A stretch of DNA of 58,739 nt, counting the filler, from Sphacelaria rigidula (lineage: Eukaryota), in assembly GCA_964200075.2 (NCBI GenBank). It is 8 parts of 8 records of this genome, joined end to end, with 100 filler letters (N's around TTAATTAATTAA, not from the genome) between each part and the next. Parts side by side here need not be neighbours in the genome. Positions count along the whole stretch, not along the records: positions 44,132 to 51,385 come from CAXNAA020015749.1; positions 51,486 to 58,739 come from CAXNAA020015750.1; 6 more parts are not named here. One strand, 5' to 3'. The position numbers and the translations under genes are program-made. The stretch's first letter is position 1. Each line of letters begins with the position of its first letter. Shown here one piece after another: positions 48,007-58,739 of this stretch. Below the pieces are notes generated by a model. It searched no databases. It was not told where the DNA came from and was given only the letters and a program-made list of their open reading frames with translations.

Positions 48007-50874
48007 TACGTAACACCCACGGGGAGGAAGAGGAAGTGAACGGATTTGCTTGGACGGCTCTCGGAACAAAAAATGCGAGGAAGGAGGGCCGGGGCCGAAT
48101 GAGGAAGGGGGGGCTACGGCGTCAGCGTGAGGGAAGGACAGGAGAAAGTCAAAAAGCACGCGGTGTCAAATATGCCACCTGTTTGGCCTCCCTCACTGTT
48201 GAGGCTTGTGATGTCGTACAGCATGCGGGAAAACAATGGGGGGGGAAAGCGCTAAGCAAAACCGGAACGACGAGGAAAATGATCAGCTTTTGATTTTGAG
48301 ATTCCCGGCTAGGTTTTGGCTTGCTCGTCTTCTCTCATCAACTTTTTGTTCATGGTTATCGACCAATGCATAAATTGATGTTTGTAGTTTGCCTTTCAGT
48401 GCTTCTCCAATAATAGAAGCCGGGTAGACTACTCTCCCTTACGAGTAGCTTGGTTCGCCTTTTTATTTTTTTCGGTTTCACAATTGAAACAACGGCAGCT
48501 CGGTACGTTCGACTGCTTCGCACAGCATCAACCATGCGACGCGAGAGGCTACTTACTCCTTCTTAGGTTTGTTTTTATGTGTATTGTTTTGTTTGACGGC
48601 TGGTAACGATCACACACTAATCGATATATGAACAAAACGTTGTCCATCATTCAGCTTCTGCGCATCTTCAACCATACAAACCGGGAGAATCCTCCGCAGC
48701 CAAACGCCGCCCAGCCGCTCGCCCCCACATCCCGCAGGCAGTCCTCACCTCCGAATGGAAGGATCTTCGGAGACAGGAAGAGAAAAGAAAGAGAGAGAGG
48801 AAAAGGTGTGGATCGATATCATAAGTATGTATAATGTGGCACCGCACGAAGACAAGGACACACAGAAATTGTATATGAGATATAGCTCGTGATAAATAAA
48901 TAAACCCTCGCGGACGGCTGCTAGGCGCGAGTTGTGCCATCGTCTATTTTACTCATTTTACGTCATCGCTTTGTGTGAACTCCTTTTCATGTCTATGTAT
49001 GTGCGAATAAATGATCCTACAGTAGTGCTGTACTGTACTGTACTGTATTATATCAATCTCTTGCGATTACTTCGCGCGAGGTTTGTCACTACGAGTACTC
49101 CTTTGTTCTTGATTTTATGGCACCTTGTCATGGGGACGTTTTCGATCCTGCGTTGCCTTTGATTTCATTTTCATATTTCTACGGATACACGACGCAACGC
49201 AGAGATCATCCTCATCAAGCTCCCCAGCTGCAAGAGCTGACGGTGCTTACTGGTGGATCATGCCGGTAGGTGACGGTGTATAAGACCCCCGGGTGAAAGA
49301 TTCTGAGGCGGGAAAAGTTATGATCCAGAGATATTTTTCAGACGATGATATATCACGTACCATAGTATAGTAGTGCAGTAGATACCCACATGGTGCCAAA
49401 ATAGTCAAAGAAGCATCAGCCGAGAGTTTTATTACTCAGGGGGCAGTACACTACGCACCGATGATATATACAGTCACCTACGCTAAATCCACTCCGGTTT
49501 GTGAAATGACGCGTAGGTTTAGATGAATGCACTCCAACATAGTACGTCTCGCGAGCGAGAGAGTAAGTTTCCTGCAAAAGAAACAAAAAATATTTTTGCG
49601 GGTAGCCTCTTGGGCGCCAGGCCTCATTTCGGCAAAATATCGCCGGCTGAGGCTGTCACGCGTGGGAAGCGGCAATAATCGGGGGTAGTCTGTAATTTTC
49701 CGTAGCATGCACCAGGAAACGGTCTGTGCTGTTGTGCCCATCGACTTGGCACGTGAAAGCTCTCGGGCTCCACTGTTTGGATTGTCAGGGAACGATGCTG
49801 GGGGTGTGTTCTTCACAAAGTAATTGTACAGCGATGATTGTTTGCAGAATGATTACATGTACGATACATGGTACATCCTGTGTGTTGTACGTGTGTGACC
49901 TGTGACGCCGCTGCATAACTAACCCCGACGCTATACCCGAGCAGATTTGCTCTATTTCGAGCACCACATCCGACGACAACACGGCATCTCGCGTATAATA
50001 GTATTCCGTGGTTTCCAACACAGGTGGACACGTTGCTACACACTGTCGGAACACCTTCCGAGTGTGAGACTATCTGGCGACCCGCTGAAGGTCCAAAACC
50101 CCCCTCTACACACACACTCTCTACAATTCTCCGCCTTCATTTTATCTAGAGACGGTTGACCCATAGACCGCGAGGATAGTCCATCTGGATCACGCACACT
50201 TTTTTCGAGTGAAATCGGTACCGATTCGACAGAGGTGGACAGTTTGCGACACCCCCGGAACACCTTCCGAAGGTGAGAACCTGTTGAAGGTCCGAAGTTC
50301 CCTGTGGCGACCTTTCGCTACACACCCTCTAAGATGTGCCACCTCGCGACGAGAGCAAAATGTCCACGTGTGAACCCCTGAGCCATCATTGCAGTCTTGG
50401 AGTAAACCAAAGGACTACAGCTGTTATTCAGCCAGTGCTCTACCGAATCATCCATCTCAGGGAGTTCGGCGCCGAGGAGTTGAGTCAACAGTCGAATCAC
50501 TGGAACCACGCCACTGACATTAAATTGGAACCAGTTCTAGAACCCTGCTGCTCGACTGATTCGACATCATCCTCCGTTGTTTGCGGTTAAGGGTGCGTGT
50601 CATCAAAATCAAAAATCCCGAGCGTGAGGATAATTCATACGACATCACGGCGCACTCTGAAGTAAAGATGGGTGAACGGACAGATGGAGGGGGGGGGGGG
50701 GGGGTATCGAGAATGCCACATGGCGTCAAGTCGGGGAGGCAAGCAGCCAAAACACAACATTTTGAACACGTGAAAAGACTCACTGCGATTTGTTAGCATG
50801 TACGTATGTACATATGCTTGGGCCTCGAATAATCGCAATCGCAGATCCCTGAACAAACTCCTACATCGGGTATG

Positions 50875-51215
50875 TATATCTTTAAATTCCTCATCCCGCC
50901 ATATTACTGCTCTGTTGCACACGATCCGTCTCTTCCCTGTGACTTCACTTGCTGTGGTATTGAGCAATTTCTCAGACCCGTCTTTAATCTGCGTTCCTGC
51001 CGGATACCATTCTACCTCGGTTTAAACTGTATCTACGCTTTCCAACAACTCCGAAAATTGTACTGCATTATTGGCCATCTCTTCTCGGAACTCTCGCTGT
51101 TATTGTTCTATATCTAGTCTATCTAGTCTCCATTTGTACAACCTCCTACCCTGCCTATTCCTTATACCTCGCGTCTGTTGGCTATCTGTCCACATTAGAC
51201 AAGGGAGGGGGAGGG
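50875..51215 (-). mobile_element. Decayed LINE ORF2 endonuclease-RT linker fragment
   Basis: WTD..YKWRLDRL..EFREEM..TASEVTGKRRIVCNRAVIWRDEEFKD resembles the WWDEE-type linker of LINE ORF2; contains stops. Confidence 0.6.
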
Positions 51216-51385
51216 GCGTACTCATTTCTGCTTGCCTTGGTCGCTTGACCATTGACCACGCATCCCTTTCGAGACGGAGCAGCAGACATTTCGTGACGGT
51301 TTGAGACAAGGGACGAGTATGTACTCATGATCTTGAACGCCGTAGTCATGTGACCATCGAGGGAGAGGGATGGGAGGAGGGGGGG

Positions 51386-51485
51386 NNNNNNNNNNNNNNN
51401 NNNNNNNNNNNNNNNNNNNNNNNNNNNNNTTAATTAATTAANNNNNNNNNNNNNNNNNNNNNNNNNNNNNNNNNNNNNNNNNNNN
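51386..51485. other. Artificial contig spacer
   Basis: Same 100-nt linker. Confidence 0.98.
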
Positions 51486-52224
51486 CCAGTTTTCCCGGGG
51501 TGGGGGTGGTACAGACAACACCCCGTTTTTTTTTTTTTTTTTGGCATCATTCGCTCATGCTCATTGTAGCCCGTGACATACCGCCACTCATCTAATTGAT
51601 GGCCATCGTTCGCCCGTGTATTCAACATAGTCTGTGAAGTGACGTCATGAAGTCGCCGACGGTCACTATTGCCTATCATACGCTGGGGATACTCTATACT
51701 CAGGTATTACTGAGAGTACTTACTCAGTATTTGAGCAGAGTATTTGAGGTCCGCGATCTACTCAAACTTTTGGGTAGAGTATTGAGGTCATACCCGCGAG
51801 GGTATTCCATCTGGATTTTTTTCGAGTGAATCTGATGCCGATTCAACACATGACCTACTCTCGCTGTCGGGAGGCCAAAGCTTTACAGTCTCTAAACTCC
51901 ATATTCCTAGCCCGCAGCTTGCGTATGGAGACGTATTCGGGTATATCATTTTCTCAAACAAAGGAAAAAAACTGTCCAGCTTGGCTCCAGCATGAAAAGC
52001 GGGGACATTGCTCAGACGGTGGGATGAGAAACGGCCTTCGTTTCTTTTTTTCTTTTCTCGAGAATAATTTTTCTCGGAGAAAACGTCCCGCAAGAAACGA
52101 CGTTTCAAAAAGCTGTCCAAGAACGACCAGAAATATTTTTCGATTGATACTGTTCATAGTACCCTCAGGCTCGTTCTTGTTGCATGGTGTGAAGAATCCC
52201 TACAATGGGAGATGACCCTTCGAG

Positions 52225-52603
52225 CGATTCAGCATTGATTTCTGCCGGAATGCAGGCCTTGGCGGATTGTGCCACCTTGAAAAGGTGTGCTAAACTTTTC
52301 GAGAGGATTCTAGCGCACTTTCCCTATCTTTCGTGCGCCCAGCTTTTTTTTCGGCCGGAGAAATGATTGCTGACACAAGCCACAAAAATGTTCGAGTTTT
52401 CCCAAGAAAACACGTTCAAAATTCACGGTATTTTTTGCGGCTGAAATCCGGCCGTAGAGGAAGTGGGCGCACGAAAAATCGGAAAAGTGCGCTATTAATA
52501 GAATCCTCTGGGACGTACAGGGAATAATCCTATTAGTAAGAGGAACAATCCGTCAAGTCCCGTGGTCGTGCAACCATAGTGTTGACAAAACCGGCGCTGA
52601 ATC
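52225..52603. repeat. Degenerate inverted repeat (old MITE-like)
   Basis: agaggattctagcgcacttt..ttcgtgcgccca / tgggcgcacgaa..aaagtgcgcta..agaatcctct, with outer gattcagc / gctgaatc. Confidence 0.55.
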
Positions 52604-55600
52604 ATTGTAAAGAGAGCATTTCTCTCACAGAGTGTTTTCCTCTAAAAATATACGGCCCGAGAGTGTTCCCTACGCCGCGTCTTATGGCAAACAAGATGGG
52701 AATATGGGAAACTATCTTTTCGGAGCTTTCACAGCGTTTTACGCGTTAAAATAGGGCTAGGCGGACTATGATAACTTGGAGTGCCTTGCTGTGCTCGTTG
52801 AGACGGTTCCACCACACGTATGCGTTTTTCTGGTGGCCGCAGGTTTTCCTTGGCCAAACATTCATTTTTCTACGAGACTGCTCATTTTTCTCCGAGACTG
52901 CTCATTTTTCTCCGAGACCGGTCAAGCCCAGAAAAGCTTCTCTAACAGCACAGAAGTTCAGGCAATTCCAGCAGGGATCATGTCGCATATTCTACCTCAA
53001 GCGTTGAGAGTTCAAAATCGAATGATTGTCTTCCGAATTTGAAAGCCTGACCAAATTTAAAGCCCGTTCAAAATTTCGGGGGTCATTTTGGTTTTCAAAA
53101 TCGTCACGATTTCGTTCCGTAAAAGTGTTGTCATCACCCTGTGAAATTGTCAAGAATGAAAGTGTGAGTGGGTCCCGTAAGAGTTGGTCTAACGACGGAA
53201 GACACGGCGGAGCCAACAGGATAGATCACATCATTGAATCACCAATACACGCAACATATGTATACGGAATCGCCGACTCGATTTTCCACCGACTATGGTG
53301 GCGGCGAAAATCCCTCCACGGAAAAAATGTGCACCCTTGTAACTTTTTCGTAATGAATAGCTGGCAAAATAAGAAATGCATATCCATCATCCTGCCCCCG
53401 AAATCAGTCTGTCAGAAGAAGTTTTTTTCACACAAATCGGAACTTTCTTGTTAAGGCTTCCCGCGGGTCCGAGCGCTTTATACTGCGTGCCCTGCAGAGC
53501 CGGAGAGACGTTAGTCGGGGACTGAGCCTAGTAGTTCGATTGTACATCGAAGCATATCTCGAGACAGCGACCTCCCCGCAGCTGTACTGAGATGGACTAT
53601 GCCACATTTGGGGTTCAGCACAGCTCTTTTGTCGCTACGCAAAACGCCCTTTTTTCATGAATATGTGGATGTTGGGCGTTTATATAGAGATCCAGGAGAA
53701 CCCCTGACCAGTTTTGACCCTGCAGATAATTGCGTGCAGTCAGTATGCGTGCTGTATGGCTCCGCTGCATACAGCGGCAAAAAACAGCTAGCGTGGCATC
53801 ACTCTCCACTGAACAAACAGTCTACTGCATGCTGCTGGTGTCTCTGCTTGATGTTCCACAATACTACAACGTGAAGCTATGCTGGCAACATATGAGAGGT
53901 CATGCGGGTCTCATGGACCCTGAGCAGAGTAGACATGTTATATGTGTCCATGCTATTTGTGGTTGAATTGTCATGACCAAAATAAAGAATATGGCTAGAC
54001 AGCGCAAGTGTCCAGCTGTAGTCCATCTGTAGGGGAACAAAGTGATCGTTTTGATGGCCGTGATTGGTCAGAATGATCACTCCACTCCTCTCGGGCCTCG
54101 TTCCTGGCTTATAATTTTTCGTGGGACCCTTCCAGATACACATAGTTGACTTGGTGAGCTTTTCTACTGTTCTGCGAACAGATCACCACCCTTCGTCAAA
54201 AACCACCCCCACCCTACCCGCTGGAAAATTCGGATGTCCCTGGACTGCCAGTCTGTGAAACCATTCCGAGGCGACGCTCGCTATCCAGAGGATATGCTCC
54301 CGATGTGCGTTGGACGATGGGTGCGTTGTACCGGCCCTACATAATAAACTATAAATAGAGAATACAGGGGAATGGATGATGACCAAGCACAACCGACACG
54401 CCATGTTATTTTCTTTGTAGACCGTGTGGGACGTCGATTCACAGCATGGGCAAGGTGTTGATCGAAAGCTGTACTCACAGGCTTTTACCCAGTGCGCGAA
54501 TTGCGAGTGCATTCTGAGTTGGCGCCGCAGGAAAAGTACAAGAAAAAAAAATGTTGAAAAATCCCAAACGTATCTAGCGAGAATCAAAGCTGCGTTCTTT
54601 CCGCACCAATGTTGTCAGTTGTGCCTTGAGATCACCGGTTGGTGGCGGCAGACTACACGGGGGCACTTGTTTACAGCTTGGCGTACCGACACCAGATATC
54701 TGCATGTTGTAAAAGTCCGAAATTATTTTCGATTCTGCCCCTCGGAAAGAAAAAAACACTTCGCGACGCCTCTGCACACGCGAGCAGCGCTTGTTAGCAG
54801 TCGGTGTTTGACGCCAAAATTGTTCTCATGATCTCAGTGAGTGGTGCAATATTTCGTTGTCGTACTTTCGTTTTTACCGCCTATTATTAGTTCACAGCAA
54901 AGGGGAAATCACAGCAGCAGCAGCACTAGATGGTAGTGGCAAGCGATCAGTACGAGTATGGTACCATCCATGTATGCGAGTTTTAAATAGGTAATGCGAA
55001 ATGCTTTTTTTGCTGATGGGTGGATTTCGGGTGACAGTCGTGAACAAGTCTGTACGAGTACGTACCTGTGGGGAAAAAAAGACACCTGAATATCCAATGG
55101 TACTGACCAATAACCCATCACTTTTTTTTTCATTTCATGAAAAAAATATGGCTGGATATCCCATGATGTGCATACAGAGCAACTTTTAATCATGTTGAAC
55201 TCCTGACTGCTGCCCACAACGTTGACCCCGTGTACATGCTACATTTTCGAAGTATCACGGTGTTGGCCGCTCCGCAAGTTAGGAGGGAGCGGAATGCGGT
55301 CAACACATCGGCGGATACTGGATAATGATCCGTTGCGAGGCGTAGATAGACCCCTGTGGATGTAACCACTGGGATAAATGTGAAGACCAAGAGGATTTTG
55401 GTCAAGAGGTTTGCAGCAGCCTCTGGCCATGCTTGAGGGATGGGATGTCATGACCCCTAGTTCATGCAGCCGTGTGCTGCCGGCCTAAGTATCAGCAAGA
55501 TTGCTGCATCTCCGCTGTGGTTGTCGTCGATTAGTTGAACAGTGAAGACCGAAACGCCATTTCCTGCAGAAGCTGTTGATCAAGCGGATGATGCATGACA

Positions 55601-57813
55601 ACGGCCTTTCCAGCCCCGAACCCCATATCCCCATGCAGGCGTTGTCAATATACGGTATTCGCCACAAACGAATGCCCGGTTCCTCCGGAGCTCACCGACC
55701 GAATGTTCAACCGCAATCCCTGTGGCAGAAAAAGGTTTTAAACGGAATACTGTTGGTTCTGACCGATCATGATCCATCCAGTGTTGCATTACGTAAACGG
55801 AGTTTTTTTTCGCTGTACTGTGCTCATGTTTCAGTGAAAAATAGGCTCAACGCCTGTACATGGGAATTGATTTATGTAGTGAAACGGAAAATTCAACCAA
55901 ACAGAGGTTCTTTAGTAGGGAATCGGCGGAATCTAGCGCCAGTAAAATGCGACATTTGTAGTGAACTGTGCAGTGAAAAATGACGCTGATTGGCTCGTAG
56001 ATTTTAGTCACATCTGGAGTGTACGAACTCCAACACATCATGCACAGTCACGCCGGGACAGACAGAGAAGCAACGGGGAAATGAAGCAGCAAGCAGATGA
56101 GCAGACAGCGAGTGGTACATTGACACTCACAGGGGGTCAACGCGATGCTCGTGTATATCGGTGTATCCCCTCTAAGTGTGACTGGTTGCGTATTTCCGTG
56201 GTCACGAGCTCTGGCGCTTGCCAGCAGCAGCGGCTGCGATGTTGCCGGGTGCAATCAGTACCCTGGCAGTGCAGTATACCTGCCCTCTACTGTGGGTTGC
56301 CCCTTTCAGCGGAGCACGGAGTCTGGCCCGGCCGGTCGAACGGTGTATACCGGCGCTGGTTGTGTGTCTTCACCTAGCCGCGTTCGTATGGCGCAAATGA
56401 TGGGCCTCGACAGCGCCTTGTTTTTTACGGACGATGAAATAGATAACACACCATGAAGTTTTTACGCTTTCCAACAGTCGGTGTGTAAACAGCACTGCGT
56501 GCTAACTGAAACAGACACGACGGCAATACAGCAGCTCAGGCTATCCCAGCGGAGACCAAACCGTCTTCGCAAGGTCTAAGCACACCACAGAGCAGTAATA
56601 GGTACAGCACATGATAAGAGGGCGTGGGTGTGTTCGTGGTGCAGTACAGTGAAGCAGGGCATGTCCCATGTTTTGGTTCTTCCCCTAATTCTACACAGGT
56701 CCTCAGTTTTGACCACTTCGCGGAAATAATCTAATTCAGTACAAAATCATCCCCATGTATGGGTCCTGTGCCGAAAAAAAGACGATTTCATATCTTCAGA
56801 ATTCGTCTGGTTCCAGGTATATGTTTCGCTGCTGTTGCCGACGGCGGGATCTACGAAAGCTAGAAGATCGCCTGTGGGCTCGGCTGCATCTTCTGCAGGA
56901 AAAGGAGAACGAACTGCACAGACAAAAGACCACCATCCTGTCGAGGGCCCTACGCCCAGGTGAGAGGGGAGGATGGGGGGAAAGTAACATTGTGGGCCGC
57001 CTGTCTCTCGAAGCTCTCTGAACACATCGTAAGGTGGTGCCTCGATTTGTCTGAATCGGTGTTCTTTGCTATTTTTCCAATTTAACGAATGGAGTTGTCA
57101 ACCAGCGACGTTAGGATTGCTCTCTTCCAGAGGAAACCGGGGATAGATAAATTTATCCCTTGAAACCACGGACTCGTCCCGAGGAAGGGAAGGGGTTTAA
57201 AGCGAGGAGTAATAATGATTGAAAAAGAGGATAATGCTGGAATAATCGGCGAATCCAAGACGCTACGTGACAAAGATTGAGGGGACGCTCGCGTTGTTGT
57301 CACAGATTGTAACTCAATGCATGGATGGGGATCCGTTTGAGACCCTCCTTGGTCATGTCGACTTTTCCCTACGTGACCTGGGGAGCACAACTGGTGTCGT
57401 GACCATATAATGATTACGTAGAATAGTACCATAGTACCACCTACAACCGTGATACTCTTTTCTTTTTTTTTGTGAGTCGTACTCGATGTTGTTTCATGAC
57501 CCTGATAATTTACCTCAGATTGTAGTGTCACCATTTGCAATCGGATTTTTGTTTGGGAACCGACTTTCTCCGTGATCCTCACCAACAAGCATGAAATGAA
57601 GAAGCGCCGGGTCGCAGTCGGTTCAAGGGTGCGTCTGCAGACGGCTCCCAAAAATGTCTTTTAACGCCCACCTCGTTTCCCTGCTCGGCAGTTTACGGGC
57701 GCCGTGCATGTAATCACGATAGGAAAACGTATGCACGTACGGGTGGCTGTAGTGCAAAATGTGAGATGAATACGCGAGACTGAACAAAAAGCTGGCGATG
57801 ACTATTTTTACAG

Positions 57814-57900
57814 ACGGGTATTGTAAAACTACGGAGACGGAGAGGGCCATGAACACCTTCCCTCCCTCACTCGCCCTTCGATGGAAGAAATGGAACTTGC
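57814..57900 (+). CDS. Penultimate exon of an unknown gene
   Basis: TTTACAG acceptor, GTAAGC donor, 87 nt phase 1-1; GYCKTTETERAMNTFPPSLALRWKKWNL. Confidence 0.55.
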
Positions 57901-57976
57901 GTAAGCTCACTGTTTTCTTGAATCATGTTTTCCTTGTTGTTTCGTCCCCATCTCGACCAAAAACACGAAAAAGCAG

Positions 57977-58380
57977 GGGGTGAACCGCCACCGCACGTGA
58001 TGCCGCCGTCCGTGTCTCCGGATGCCCCTTCCTCACCCTTGTGGGGGCAGCACCACCACAGCTATCAGCCGCCACCGCTACCACAACAGCATTACTGCCA
58101 CCAGCAGCGTCGTATCACGGAACAGCCCAGGCCGTCAGAGGAACCCTACAACCAGTCGCGTCGCCGACTGTCGTTGCCGCATATGTCTGACTTGGATCTA
58201 GGGGCAACGAGGGCAGCCTACTACGCGAACTTACCCGTGGCACATCGGGTTCCATCGCAGGGGGAGGCAGGGGCGGGGGCAGCCACGGTGGCGGCCACGG
58301 CGGCGGTCCAGGCCTCATCGATACGTAGACGACCGAATCGCCCGGGGTCTGCTGAGGATACCGGATCTGGTGCGGAATAA
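57977..58380 (+). CDS. Terminal exon of an unknown gene; Pro/Gln/Ala-rich low-complexity C-terminus
   Basis: GCAG acceptor after a 76-nt intron, in phase with the previous exon; GC-rich open frame to TAA, then a T-rich 3' region. Confidence 0.65.
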
Positions 58381-58739
58381 GCCACGGCGTTTTTTACTTT
58401 CTTGTGGTAATAGCTTGCTTTTTTGCTCTCGGTTGGTTGTTGATTCGTTGGATGGTGTGGATATTCGATCGGTTTGCTCGTCACTTATCCAGCTGATGAA
58501 AACGAACTTCGTGACGAAGGAGGAAAATGCAGTGTGTTTTTCTATATTTTTTTTCTCTCATGTCATCATTAGTTCATCGGTTGGACTGTATATGTTTGGT
58601 TGTGCTGGTCGTCGGGAAAAGGGGCAGGGTGCAGGGCGGGGGGGGGGGGGGGGGGGGGGGGGCGGTATTGACCGCGACAAGGTTTCCCGATTTTTTCTTG
58701 TTCGCCGGGGTCTTTACCCCCCCCGCTGGCCCCTGTTTT

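Noticed and set aside
56747-56895. Minus-strand terminal exon (EDAAEPTGDLLAFVDPAVG..)
   Set aside because: Good acceptor, but no upstream partner or homology, and it would probably overlap the plus-strand gene; insufficient support.
1-58739. tRNA or rRNA genes, or endogenous giant-virus genes
   Set aside because: No cloverleaf with A/B boxes, no rRNA-like sequence and no long intronless viral-type ORFs were seen by eye. A covariance-model scan would be needed to exclude small RNAs.

Overview
This is eukaryotic, intron-rich, repeat-dense DNA. Its gene style and repeats suggest a stramenopile, probably a brown alga (inference only). It is not one locus: eight contigs of 7256, 7256, 7255, 7255, 7255, 7254, 7254 and 7254 bp are joined in size order by 100-nt spacers (44 N + TTAATTAATTAA + 44 N), so nothing can be linked across spacers. 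Contig 1 holds a ~1.9-kb inverted duplication that places two copies of a signal-peptide exon head-to-head. The right copy splices to a symmetric six-cysteine exon of an unrecognised secreted protein. Contig 2 has the first exon of an unknown gene and nested foldback/MITE elements. Contig 3 has two exons of a GatA-type amidase and three MITE families. Contig 4 has an apparently intact three-exon PIF/Harbinger transposase (~483 aa) with a 4-kb repeat-filled intron, a perfect 33-bp hairpin upstream and a 111-bp tandem array. Contig 5 has a small ORF with a CXC-like cysteine cluster. Contig 6 has 114-bp (38-aa) coding-type repeat arrays in both orientations, tied to a TIR family. Contig 7 has decayed LINE ORF2 pieces and candidate exons. 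Contig 8 has the last two exons of an unknown gene and a possible OTU-like relic. No rRNA, tRNA or CRISPR array was found, and most ORFs in the supplied track look spurious.
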